A model generated the notes under the pieces. It searched no databases, was not told the DNA's origin, and saw only the letters and a program-made list of their open reading frames with translations. The translations under genes and the position numbers were made by a program. A stretch of 63,561 bases of DNA, the filler included, from Octopus bimaculoides (Eukaryota), in assembly GCF_001194135.2 (NCBI RefSeq). It is 11 parts of 10 records of this genome, joined end to end, with 100 filler letters (N's around TTAATTAATTAA, not from the genome) between each part and the next. Parts side by side here need not be neighbours in the genome. Positions count along the whole stretch, not along the records: positions 50,325 to 52,192 come from NC_068981.1; positions 52,293 to 63,561 come from NC_068987.1; 9 more parts are not named here. One strand, given 5' to 3'. Below, piece by piece: positions 50,390-62,576 of the stretch. Position 1 is the stretch's first letter; each line of letters starts with the position of its first letter.

Positions 50390-51779
50390 ATATATATATA
50401 TATATATATATACGTATGTATGTATGTATGTGTGTGTGTGTGTGTGTGTATATGTGTGCGTGTGTATGCATTTTACAAATATGTGTGAGTGTATGTGAGT
50501 ATACCTGTGTGTCTCTTGGTATTACCTTGTTTCCATTCCGATAACGTAGCGGTTCGGCAGAATGATAGAATGAGTACTAGACTTTAAAAAAATAGTACAG
50601 GGGTTTACTTATTCATCAAACACGTCAAAGCAGTGACATAGTATACATGCATACATACATACATACATACATACATGCATACATACATGCATGCACACAC
50701 ATGCACACACACATACGCATATGCTAAAATATGTGTATACGTGTGTGAGCGTGTATACGTCTACGTATTTATACTTGCAATTATTTCTTGCTAGATATGT
50801 GTATTTACACACACACACACAGGCGTATAAAGATCTAGGAAATCAAAGAACAAGACAAAAAATGATACTATTTAACAGTCAGTATACATGATAGCACATC
50901 AGATAGCATACACTTATTTGACTTCGCACTTCTTTCATTATTTTTGGATTTTTTTAATGTTATTTTTCTTACTCACTTCTGGCATTTACTTGAAAACATT
51001 TTGGTACGGCATGCTTCTCCGATTTTTTCTCCTGTTCTTAATGATCAATCAACGATTTATTTAGAAAATGATCAGTTTTTCCTAACAGAAGTAATCAAAT
51101 GTTAGTAATTGTCAATTGTCTGATCAACAACGAGGAAACTTAATTAATTAGTAATACTGTAAGACAGAAACGAAAGCTAATTTCAATTTTAATCAGTGTA
51201 TTTAAGAATGTCATATTCGATTACGTTCCATGAAGCCAGATTTTAATCGGTGTAATAATAAATTTGTGAGTAATGCTAAACTGAAGAGATATTAACGATA
51301 AATTGAAAAATTATGTAAGATTAGAACAAGCTTTAAGTAAAGGTATTGCAGTGGACGTACTACAGGTAAAAATAGCATTTGAACGTTTACCCAAGTACAT
51401 AGTCTCGAGTTCAGTCTTGCTGCGTGGCAATTTGGTCATGCATCACATGCATATATGTGTGTGTATGAGAGGTCCACTCAAGATTATATGCCTTCATATT
51501 CAACGATATCACTTTGTGAGTGTGTCTATATTTTTAACTGTGTATGTATTGAAGCCTATATATCCATTTATATATCTATGATTACTTATGTCTTATGGTT
51601 ATGTAGTTTCCTGCATCGCTCTCCGTGTGTTTGTCTAGGTTGGATTTGAAAATTATAATATTAGTTTAAAACATTCAGTAATACATTTAACGTTGAAAAT
51701 CTATACTGAAAATTAAGAATTTCTGATTTAGTATTTAACAATTTTAGTATTTAGAAATCAGAAACAAATAAAGGAAACT

Positions 51780-51823
<44 letters not shown>

Positions 51824-51829
<6 letters not shown>

Positions 51830-52192
51830 AAATGACCAACAGCTAACAAAAAATGACCAACAGCTCAAAGGCCTACTAGCGATTGTTAAACAATTCAGTG
51901 ATGACATCAGGATGCAATTTGGCCTTGATAAATGTGCAAAAGCTACCTTTATCAAAGGAAAAATGACAAATACATCTAATGTGAACCTTGACCAGCAAAA
52001 TGTCATAAAAGAGTTAGAACCAGCGGAGAGCTACAAATACCTAGGGGTAATTGAAGAGGACAATATCAAGCACTCAGTGATGAGGGAAAGGATCAGAAGA
52101 GAATGTTATCGCAGGGTGAGAGCAATACTGAAGACAGAGCTGAACGCGAGAAACAGGATCGAAGCGATCAATGCTCTAGCCATACCAGTCGT
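51824..52192 (+). mobile_element. 5'-truncated R4/Dong-like non-LTR retrotransposon (RT C-terminal region) directly after (TAA)n
   Basis: KNDQQLKGLLAIVKQFSDDIRMQFGLDKCAK..YKYLGV..ECYRRVRAILKTELNARNRIEAINALAIPV. Preceded by pure (TAA)n at 51780-51825 and cut by a gap. Confidence 0.9.
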
Positions 52193-52413
52193 NNNNNNNN
52201 NNNNNNNNNNNNNNNNNNNNNNNNNNNNNNNNNNNNTTAATTAATTAANNNNNNNNNNNNNNNNNNNNNNNNNNNNNNNNNNNNNNNNNNNNTTTGCCTT
52301 TCCCAATTTTTTTTTTTTTTTTTTTTTTTTTTTATCAGTGACGTATGTAACAAGAAGTCGTTCAGTCCGGACATCGAAACCGGGTCAAACGAATTCAAAT
52401 AGCTGAGTCTTAC

Positions 52414-52526
52414 ATTCCGTTGATACGGCGATCCTTTATTAAAAAAATTTTTTAAAAACTTGTAATCGACTTCTTGGATTCGAAATAGAACGTTGTGATC
52501 TTCATACGCGGTTTGAATGTCCTTAG
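52414..52526 (-). CDS. Candidate exon (113 nt) within ORF 52237-52536, product unknown
   Basis: Non-repetitive open frame AKDIQTAYEDHNVLFRIQEVDYKFLKNFFNKGSPYQRN with an AAT|GTAAGA donor; acceptor weak. Confidence 0.25.
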
Positions 52527-52611
52527 CTTGGTACATTATAACTATTACTGTTGTTACTACTACTACTACTACTACTACTACAGTTTCTACTGCTGCTACT
52601 ACTACTGCTGC

Positions 52612-52654
<43 letters not shown>

Positions 52655-52664
52655 NNNNNNNNNN

Positions 52665-52822
52665 GAAATGCTTAGCGGTATTTCGTCTGCCGCTGTGTTC
52701 TGAGTTCAAATTCCGCCGAGATCGACTTTGCCTTTCATCTTTTTGTGGTCAATGAAATAAGTACCAGTTATGCACTGGGGATCGATGTAATCGACTAGCC
52801 CCCTTCCCCAAAATTTTCAAGC
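52665..52822 (+). mobile_element. SINE family B, young-looking, after (ATT)n and a gap
   Basis: gaaatgcttagcggtatttcgtctgccgc..gagttcaaattccgccgagatcgactttgcctttcatc. Confidence 0.9.
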
Positions 52823-53789
52823 TCCTATATATATATATATAAATAATTTTTTTTCTATGTGTATAGATAGATAGATAGGTAGATAGATAGATATACATAC
52901 ATACATGCAACTACCCATGTTTAAATAAGACTAAAGAGACGAAAATTGAAGGTGTTATCAACCACTCCTTAAAATTAGTTGAAAATCTTTATTGTGCCGT
53001 TTTATTCGCAAATGTTTGTTGCCATTTGTCATGTGACAGCCCTAATATTAATTCTTATAGTAATACCTTGACTAGCAATCTTGATGTATACCTTAAAAAT
53101 ACGGTAAGACATTGATGATATAACTGCCTCGTGACCATTATAACAGAACACAAATCAGGTTACATGCTTGAGTTGCTATTATTAACAGTGACACAAGCAG
53201 AAAAGAAGGTGAACGACTTGGCCGAACGACGGTAAAATCGAATAAACCTCGATGTCGCACCCTTCGTGCACTTAATGACTTTCGATGAGTACATACAATG
53301 TCATGTTACACATTGTGACCACACGCAATGACACTATTAAAAGTGGTGTTTAATTAAGATCTAATATTATATATTATGAAACAATTTTAAAAGTTTCGCA
53401 ACTTGTAATACACCCACGTAATTTTCAGATGAAAATGTGGCAGTGAGAAATAGGACAGAAGTGATTTTGTCTGATAAGCCGATATAATCACCGATAAATT
53501 TCAGTTGAAAAACAAAATTGTCCGTGAGAAATAGCGTAGAAAAGTTGTTGGTTTTTTTTTTGTATTTAAGTTTAAGGATCAGACCTATAAGAGCAAGAAA
53601 CGGAGCACAACTGCTTTTGTTTGAAGATGGAAGGATCGGGCCTATACACAGGTCTATAAATTTCATTTGAAAAAGAAAAGCAACAGTGAAGAACAAGGCT
53701 AAAAATGAAGGGCAAGACCTAAGCACATGATTACAAATTTCTGTTGAAAAAAGTAGCAGTGAGAGAAAGGGCAGAATAATTATTGTCTG

Positions 53790-54350
53790 AAGTTGAAGGG
53801 CCAGATTATGGTTCATTCTTGCTCATTGGTTGCTTTTCGAAAAATATATCTCATAGCGTCTACGTTTTCTTAAGCCTTAGCAGAACAGTAAGCCCAAAAC
53901 CCTTTCTATGAATCCCTGTTATGTTCCTCAATCAACTTCATTTTCTGTTAATTCGTCCATTAATTTCGTTAGCTTATGTATACTATTAATGAAAAATTCT
54001 GTAGACAGACTTATTCCTGGTTGTCACCGGTTCTATTCTACAGAAGGGTTTTCAGGTACATTTTGGAATCATTGGTGTTCTGGCACCTGATTACTGGAAC
54101 TCTTTATCGATAAATTTTACCACAAAACATTGTTGACTCCCTCAAATCTTCTATACTGGCATCAGCATCACCAACGATAAATTGCTGGTGTTATTTCTTC
54201 ATCAACGTCCAGGAAATCGTTGCATACTTCTGGTTACAACTACTAGATTCCATTCAGGCAGTTCGCGAGTAGATCGTCTCAGGCTGTTTTGATATTATCA
54301 ATGGCCTCCACAATATGATAGAAGTCCTAGAAGTTCCAGATGGTTTTATC
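53790..54350 (-). mobile_element. Tigger (pogo superfamily, TIGD1-like) transposase C-terminal remnant
   Basis: DKTIWNF*DFYHIVEAIDNIKTA*DDLLANCLNGI**L*PEVCNDF and later KLMDELTENEVD*, matching the Tigger ..aI.nI..AW..clNGvW.kLwPe..DF motif. Confidence 0.65.
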
Positions 54351-54351
54351 T

Positions 54352-54495
54352 TTTCCTTGTATTAGTCATTGAACTGTGGTCATTCTAGGGCACCTCTTCA
54401 AAGAGTTTCACCAAATAAATCAACCCCAGTACTTATTTTAAAGTCTGGTACTTCTTCTATCGGTATCTCGTTTGCCGTACTCCTAAATTATCTGT
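54352..54495 (-). mobile_element. SINE family A, 3' fragment
   Basis: ttagtcattgaactgtggtcattctagggcac..ccccagtacttatt..tctatcggtatctcgtttgccg. Confidence 0.7.
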
Positions 54496-54868
54496 CTCCT
54501 CTCCTATCTTTTCTCTTGTCAAAGAATATTCTTCCAGCGTTCGCTGCCTTACCTCGTCTGGCCTAACGGCCCTCCATGTTTGTTTTCGTTTAGTTTGTTG
54601 TATATTTCCTCTGTTCTGTTTTTGTTACCAGCTTCGACCCTCCGCAAATCTCAAATTTTATTTTGGTTCACGGGAGCAAGTGTTTTTCGAAGCCTCGTAT
54701 TGACATTAATTGCTCAAAATATGGAGTAGATGAACAGCCGACAACTGATGACGGGTCGTTCTTTATGTTAGTTGTCTTGTTTTCCATTTGCTTCTCTCGT
54801 TGTTCGCATACCCATGTTGTTTACGTTTTGTGACGTCTTGTAACCATATGTGCATATACATACATACA

Positions 54869-54918
<50 letters not shown>

Positions 54919-55230
54919 NNNNNNNNNNNNNNNNNNNNNNNNNNNNNNNNNNNNNNNNNNNNNNNNNNNNNNNNNNNNNNNNNNNNNNNNNNNNNNNNNN
55001 NNNNNNNNNNNNNNNNNNNNNNNNNNNNNNNNNNNNNNNNNNNNNNNNNNNNNNNNNNNNNNNNNNNNNNNNNNNNNNNNNNNNNNNNNNNNNNNNNNNN
55101 NNNNNNNNNNNNNNNNNNNNNNNNNNNNNNNNNNNNNNNNNNNNNNNNNNNNNNNNNNNNNNNNNNNNNNNNNNNNNNNNNNNNNNNNNNNNNNNNNNNN
55201 NNNNNNNATATGTGCATATACATACATACA

Positions 55231-55262
<32 letters not shown>

Positions 55263-55414
55263 CTTATATATAAGAATATGTATATTTATGTGCATTATGT
55301 ATGTATAAATGTATATATAGACATTTATAAATTCCATTTCTCTGAAGCAAATGAATATACTGTGTGCACAAACTGATTATCTATTTATTTCTCTGCGATT
55401 GGTCTTGTCATGTA

Positions 55415-55460
55415 GACACCCCTGATGAGACCACAATAAGGGTCGAAAATCGATCAAGGT
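55415..55460 (+). ncRNA. Minimal type I hammerhead-like motif (PLE-type), probably degenerate
   Basis: CTGATGA-GACC-acaataag-GGTC-GAAA-ATCGAT-C: intact core, perfect 4-bp stem II and palindromic stem III; stem I mismatched. Confidence 0.5.
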
Positions 55461-55925
55461 TCTTCAGGATTTTTGTCAAATCTACCGAGAAATAATTGAA
55501 TTTGCCATGTTTGTATGGCTACAACGTAGGTTTGTAAGTTTATCTACTACATATGTGGGGAAAGTCTGTCTGTGTGTGTGAATACCCAAATTGTGAAGTC
55601 AGTTATGTAATAACATGAAATTAGTTACCCGATAGTAAGAATTCAAACAAAGTAGCCCCGAAAAGGGCTTTAATACATTCACAGAGTATATAGAACATAG
55701 GAGGAAATACTAATAAGGTATGTAGACTAAAATCATGAAGCATGTTACGTAATAACAAGATAATCAGATATGAAATTATCACAATTCAAAGTAAATAACT
55801 CTGAAAAGGGCTTTTGTTCGTCGTCCCCCCACACACACACACATGTATACACACACACACATACACACACACACACACACATACATACACACACACACAC
55901 ACACATATATATATATGCTCTTTAA

Positions 55926-56485
55926 GTTCGTTTACGGGAAACGTTTTTAAGTACGCATATAAAGGCTCCTATTATGTTGGATTTACCATGTGGTAAAAAT
56001 CTTTCTTCCCAAACACATGGTTCCAGATTCAGTGCCACTTCGGGGCAATTGGGCCGACCTGATCCTTGTGAGTTGATTAGGTAGACGGAAACTGGAAGAA
56101 GTCAGTCGTAGTTATATAAAATACATATATACAGGATGGCAATAAAGTCACTGTACAGTTACTTATAATTTAAAAAAATAGCAAAGTAGAATCAGAAGAA
56201 NNNNNNNNNNGTTCGTTTACGGGAAACGTTTTTAAGTACGCATATAAAGGCTCCTATTATGTTGGATTTACCATGTGGTAAAAATCTTTCTTCCCAAACA
56301 CATGGTTCCAGATTCAGTGCCACTTCGGGGCAATTGGGCCGACCTGATCCTTGTGAGTTGATTAGGTAGACGGAAACTGGAAGAAGTCAGTCGTAGTTAT
56401 ATAAAATACATATATACAGGATGGCAATAAAGTCACTGTACAGTTACTTATAATTTAAAAAAATAGCAAAGTAGAATCAGAAGAA
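55926..56485. repeat. Exact 275-bp tandem duplication across a 10-N gap (55926-56200 / 56211-56485), likely unmerged contig overlap
   Basis: Both copies read identically and abut the gap. They include a SINE-A 5' remnant. Confidence 0.9.
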
Positions 56486-56498
56486 AAACAAAGCAATA

Positions 56499-57792
56499 CG
56501 GGAGACTGGATCCAGTTGTTACATTTTTTCATTTTTTTGCCTTGGCACCCACATAAATGAACACAGCCGAAGTTTCTTTTCAGATTTAATTAGCAAAACA
56601 TCTCTCTTTATTGTTATCACTAGCAAAAAACAGAATTTACATAACATTAATTAGACAGGTTCTAATTAATGAAGTGGTGTCAGCTGTAACAATTTTCCCC
56701 GAGTGCGGGGTACTTTGTGACACTTACTGGGGTACTTTGTTACAACTGTCGATAACTCGGAATTATGTTAACAAACAAGTTTAAAATGAATACGTCTCCT
56801 GCTTCTTGCGTCTAGGAAGTATTATTTTAATTAATTAACTGTGCTTTGAACCACCTCATATTTTAGCTGTGATATTGAGAGTCCTCATCAGCCAATTTCC
56901 CCAATGTTACAAGTACCATCTCGTCGGAATCGTCCTCCATTAACTTCTCACCAGATAGATCACACAGAAAGTCCTGTTGTACATCGGTACAGTCAGTGTG
57001 TGCCCAGTCTTTACAGATCATCCACTGCACCCATTTTTCACCTGGAAGGGAGTTGGAATACCAGTCTGAGCAGACAAGGTATATTCAATCGGTGACTTGC
57101 TTGCTGCGAGGCTACTTTCCTTTGCCTTTATCTGTTTTAGTTGACTTTCTCTTCCCCTTTGTTGCCTTTTCTGTACCAGTTGCCTTCTTTGGCTTCGATT
57201 TCCATTCGTCTACTTCATCCACTATGCGCTGTTTTACGGCAACATCCCGTTATGATTTCTTTTCATCCACAACTTTTCTGGCGGCTCTTTCCATGACATC
57301 AGGAGCGGTGTGTCCCCCTTGTAATCTTCTTTTTGTAATTTCTAGGCATGGCATGTTAAACTGAAATAGAAGAGATAAGTTGTTACATGCCTGGGGTAAG
57401 TTGATACACTGTAACAATTAGCCCCAACCATGGATTTCTGGGAATTATCTCGTACACAGCACTAGCAATGCATGGCATCCAGGACACACCTTCATGTATC
57501 GAAGGCAACTTCCATCACTTCCTAATGAGCCACAAACTACTTCAGTAACACCACTCGTGCTTTAGTGGTTAAGGAAATAACTTTGTGGCAAAATTTCACT
57601 TTTGGAGTAAAAAATCGTTTTTTGAGCCATACCTTTTTCTGGTGACAGCCCGCCAGTGCAATACACATGTGCAGTCACGATGCTATGGAGTTGACCTTCC
57701 CGAGGTAGAGACCCGAGTGCCATCAATTTCTTGAAGTTGGAAACAATGGGATGTAACAATTTACCCGTGTAACAATTAGACCCGGTCTCCCC
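56499..57792 (-). mobile_element. pogo/Fot1-like DNA transposon, internally deleted (1294 bp): HTH_psq start fused to a PHD-finger-like end
   Basis: TIRs CGGGAGACTGGATCCAGTTGTTACA and GGGGAGACCGGGTCTAATTGTTACA with TA TSD (56497-98, 57793-94). Decayed ORF MPRNYKKKITRG..DVMERAARKVVDEKKS*RDVAV joined to ..LVCSDWYSNSLPGEKWVQWMICKDWAHTDC..FLCDL. Confidence 0.85.
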
Positions 57793-58027
57793 TACACACG
57801 ACACAGAAACAGGTTCACGACTGTNNNNNNNNNNNNNNNNNNNNNNNNNNNNNNNNNNNNNNNNNNNNNNNNNNNNNNNNNNNNNNNNNNNNNNNNNNNN
57901 NNNNNNNNNNNNNNNNNNNNNNNNNNNNNNNNNNNNNNNNNNNNNNNNNNNNNNNNNNNNNNNNNNNNNNNNNNNNNNNNNNNNNNNNNNNNNNNNNNNN
58001 NNNNNNNNNNNNNNNNNNNNNNNNNNN

Positions 58028-58058
<31 letters not shown>

Positions 58059-58362
58059 AGCACACACATAATACATCTATATAAGAGACAGACTGACAGA
58101 AACAGAGAAAAAAGAGAGATTGTGGGTAGGGGTCAGCCGTATCGAGAATAAGATAAAGTGACCTGATGAGATGCCGTGAGATGAAAGTGGTGCGACTTCG
58201 AGATTTATGTCGTAACAATGAAGGTATGGAATGGAATGTGGACAGCAAGAGACATGGATATATAAGTATCATTATTACGCATACATATCTACATACCTAC
58301 ATACATATATACAGACACACACACACACATATATATATACATATATATATATACATATATAC

Positions 58363-58412
<50 letters not shown>

Positions 58413-59119
58413 ATAGATATAGGTATATAGATATAGGTATATAGATATAGATATATAGCAAGTTTTAGAGGTAATACATGATAATTGCAAGCACCTGTAT
58501 ATGCCAGATAAAGCTTGAAACACATGTACCTCGGAATCCTTTGTGCTCTGTTTTAATTTTACGTTTTTAATTTATGATATAGATATATATATAGATAGAT
58601 ATATCCATATATATATATATATATNNNNNNNNNNNNNNNNNNNNNNNNNNNNNNNNNNNNNNNNNNNNNNNNNNNNNNNNNNNNNNNNNNNNNNNNNNNN
58701 NNNNNNNNNNNNNNNNNNNNNNNNNNNNNNNNNNNNNNNNNNNNNNNNNNNNNNNNNNNNNNNNNNNNNNNNNNNNNNNNNNNNNNNNNNNNNNNNNNNN
58801 NNNNNNNNNNNNNNNNNNNNNNNNNNNNNNNNNNNNNNNNNNNNNNNNNNNNNNNNNNNNNNNNNNNNNNNNNNNNNNNNNNNNNNNNNNNNNNNNNNNN
58901 NNNNNNNNNNNNNNNNNNNNNNNNNNNNNNNNNNNNNNNNNNNNNNNNNNNNNNNNNNNNNNNNNNNNNNNNNNNNNNNNNNNNNNNNNNNNNNNNNNNN
59001 NNNNNNNNNNNNNNNNNNNNNNNNNNNNNNNNNNNNNNNNNNNNNNNNNNNNNNNNNNNNNNNNNNNNNNNNNNNNNNNNTATATATGTATTATATTGTA
59101 TATATATATATATATATGT

Positions 59120-59168
<49 letters not shown>

Positions 59169-59570
59169 CGAAGAGAGAAAAGGAGAGGGAGAGTGTGAGA
59201 ATTGAAAGAAAGGAAATAACGTGGGAAAAGCAGTGCAAAGAACAAGGGCGGTAGAGATAGACTGGATAGATTTGATGAGGTGATTGCAGATTCTTTCGCT
59301 TGCACGTCATAACAATCAACAATCAAGGAAGAATTAATTAATGCCTAACCTACTTCAGTGATTGCGCTAATTGGCCACAGTTTGCTTATGATTGTTGGTG
59401 TTGCTTCAGTTTCGTAGCACTTATATAATTAAGATGCACAGCTAGTGTTGGTGCATGTGCTGGTACCGGTCCGTACTGGTAGTAGTAGTAGTTGTTGTAG
59501 TAGTAGTAGTAGTAGTAGTAGTAGCAATGATGATAATGGTGATGGTGAAAGTTGCTGTTGCAAAGGCGGC

Positions 59571-59874
59571 GAGCCGGCAGAATCGTTAGCACGCCGGGCG
59601 AAATGCTTAGCGGTATTTCGTCTGCCGCTACGTTCTGAGTTCAAATTCTGCCGAGGTCGACTTTGTCTTTCATCCTTTCGGGGTCGATTAAATAAGTACC
59701 AGTTATGCACTGGGGTCGATATAATCGATTTACCCACTTCCCGCAAATTTCAGGTCTTGTGTCTATAATGACTGGATCCCTTCCCTTGATATTACTGGAT
59801 TTGTGTAAAGGCGAGCGGGCAGACTCGTTAGCACGCCGGACAAAATGATTAGGGACATGTTACCGTGGTGGTTG

Positions 59875-59907
<33 letters not shown>

Positions 59908-61090
59908 ACTGTGGGTCAACCCTGGTCTAGTAAATTCCATGATCGAAGGTATTCCAGCCGTTACCCATAGCTGAGGGTCTGGTACATTGTTCAGTGCTTT
60001 CTCTCTTTCACAAGATAATAATTAGTTCAAATTTTGCCACAAATCTAGTAATGTCGATTTTAGAATTTGGTACAAGTCCAACAATTTCGAGGGAAGGTAG
60101 TAAGTCGATTGCATCGTCCCCAGGGCTTAATAGGCACTTATTTTACCGACCCCCAAAGGATGAAAGACAAAGGCAAAACCAGCGGTATTTGAACTCAGAA
60201 CGTAAAGATGAACGAAATGCCGCTAAGCATTTTGCTTGGTGTGCTAACGATTCTACCGCCTCACCGCCTTTTTTTAAAGATAAATAATCCTTTCAGACAC
60301 AGGGCCTGAAATTTTGGGGGAGGGGATCAGTCAATTACATCGACCCCAGTGCTCAGCTAGTACTTATTTCACCGACCCCGGAAGAGATGAAAGTCGACCT
60401 CGGCGGAATTTGAACTCTGAAAGTAAAGACGGGTGACATGTCCCTAATCATTTTCTCCGGGGTGCTAACGAGTCTGCCCCCTCACCTTTACACAAATCCA
60501 GTAATATTAAGGGCAGGGATCCAGTCATTTACCTCGATCCTGTGCTTAACTACTTATTTTATCGATGCCAAAATGATAAAAAGCAATGTCGCCGGTGGAA
60601 TTTTAACTCGGACCGTAAAGCGCCGAATGAAATGACTAAATATTTTATAGCTATCGATTCTGTCATCGCACGTTTTCATAAATAAAAATTCATACTGCTC
60701 TAGAGAGAAGGCCTGAAAGTTTTCGGGAGCGATAGTTGATTATATTGACTCCAGTGCTCAAATGGTACTTATTTTATCGACCCCGAAAGGATGGAAAGCA
60801 AAATCAACCTCAGCGGGATTTGAACTCAATATAGCACCGGAAGAAACGCCACTGAGCATTTAGTCATAGCTCGCTTTTTCTAAGATAGAAATCCTTTCTG
60901 CTAAAGGAACAAAACCTGAAATTTTATGGGGAGAAGGCTAGTCGATTACATTGACTCAGTATGCAACTGGTATTGATTTCATCGACCCCGAAATGATGAG
61001 AGGTGAAGTCGATCTCGGCAGTATTTGAACTCAGATTATAAAAACAAAATGCCGCTAAGCGTACTAACAATTCTTCCAGCTCGCCTTTTC
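59571..61090. mobile_element. Cluster of about 7 family-B SINEs (2 plus-strand, then 5 minus-strand head-to-tail)
   Basis: Plus copies at 59571-59765 (best preserved) and 59808-59860; minus copies at about 60060, 60295, 60500, 60700 and 60900. Confidence 0.88.
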
Positions 61091-61470
61091 TACGATAATA
61101 ATGGCGTGTAATTTGAAGGAGATTTGGCTGTTTTGTTTTTTAGTTGTTAACGGCGGAACTAGCATTAATCGTCGCGATGGTAATGGTATATTGAATGTTG
61201 CAGATGATATCTGTCAAATTAGTGTTCTAAATATATACATGAAGAAATCTAACACCCAAGGTACCAAAAAATATGTTAGACACTTGGAAAATTTCACGAG
61301 AATTTAGGACATAATGAAATATAATGTAATAGGCAAAAACATAATGAGACAATATTGTAATAGGCAAAAATAATAGGTATAACATCAATTTTCCTGATCT
61401 TTTCTTCTAAACCTTATCCGGATTGCCGATTTTTCCGAACCAAACGTAGCCCGTTTTAAATTAAATAAAT

Positions 61471-61888
61471 ATTACTCTTACTCTTTACTCTCGTTTACTT
61501 GTTTCAGTCATTTGACTGCGGCCATGCTGGAGCACAACCTTTAATCGAGCAAATCGACCCCAGGACATTCTTTGTAAGCCTAGTACTTATTCTATTGGTC
61601 ACTTTTGCCGAACTGCTAAGTTACGGGGACGTAAACACACCAGCATCGATTGTCAAGCGATGCTGGGGGGACAAACACAGACACACAAACACACACATAT
61701 ATATATATACATATACATATATACGACGAGCTTCTTTTAGTTTCCGTCTACAAAATCCACTCACAAGGCTTTGGTTGGCCCGAGGCTATAGTAGAAGACA
61801 TTACCCCAAGGTGCCACGCAGTGGGACTGAACCCGGAACCATGTGGTTGGTAAGCAAGCTACTTACCACACAACCACTCCTGCGCCTA
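61471..61888 (-). mobile_element. SINE family A, full-length reference-like copy
   Basis: Head aggagtggttgtgtggtaagtagcttgcttaccaaccacatggttccgggttcagtcccactgcgtggcacc; tail gagtaaagagtaagagtaat. Confidence 0.95.
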
Positions 61889-62294
61889 TTGTTAAATTTA
61901 CATATATATAATTAAATGAAATACAGTTACCTATACATTAGTACGAGTGACACAAGTTTATTGATACTGTTCTGAGTAAGGTACTAGTTTGCGCTAGGTG
62001 AATGATGCAGGTAAACTAGCTTGGCGGGGATAGGTTTGCGTGAAGTCGTTTGCTGCATGTACATTAATGCGGGTTATCAGAGGTTCTGGACAGACAATGT
62101 CCGGAGATTTTTTAGTTCAGTGGTTCCTAATTTGACAGAAAACAAATCCCAGATATAGGTAAGCAAAATCTGTAATTTCCAATGTAATCAGATTTACCTG
62201 AGTAAAATTTTCTCAGAGTGACAAGCTTCGTGTGCAAGAGAGTATTCCGTTAGGAAAAAATTACCAGCTTAATGACAGCATCTAATGTTGAAAT

Positions 62295-62455
62295 CACATC
62301 AAATACATGTCACGCATACCGCATAGCTGTGTGAGGTTTGTTTCGCGAGAACCTGGTTTCAAGTTCAATACTGGTTGGTGCGCGGTATGTCTTCTGCAAT
62401 AGGACCGGGATCGGTTAATATCTTGTGAGGAATTTTGGTAGCCGAAAATTGTGCA
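62295..62455 (+). mobile_element. SINE family A, 5' half, very diverged
   Basis: gctgtgtgagg..cctggtttcaagttcaatactg..gtcttctgcaatagg..ttgtgaggaattttggtagccgaaaattg. Confidence 0.55.
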
Positions 62456-62537
62456 CACACACATATATATATTCGTCAGGCTGGACCGCTGAAATCTACA
62501 AGTTTTCTTCATTCGCTCTCTGTTTATTTTCTCTTAT

Positions 62538-62576
62538 TCCTTTCTGGTGAAGAACGTAGGCTCGAAATGTAGGAGA
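62538..62576 (+). ncRNA. Minimal hammerhead-like motif (PLE-type), degenerate
   Basis: cttt-CTGGTGA-A-GAAC-gtag-GCTC-GAAA-TGT-A-ggag: stem II with one mismatch, GUA cleavage triplet and a 4-bp stem I; core position 6 is non-consensus. Confidence 0.45.

Noticed and set aside
53367-53816. 149-aa hydrophobic ORF suggestive of a membrane receptor
   Set aside because: It begins where the Tigger transposase remnant ends on the same strand, has no receptor motifs, and hydrophobicity is expected from T-rich DNA.
55926-56485. Exact 275-bp tandem duplication
   Set aside because: Identical copies flank a 10-N gap; most likely an unmerged contig overlap.
58168-58200. Other CTGANGA..GAAA matches (58169, 29739, 62983)
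   Set aside because: No stem II/III pairing consistent with a hammerhead fold.
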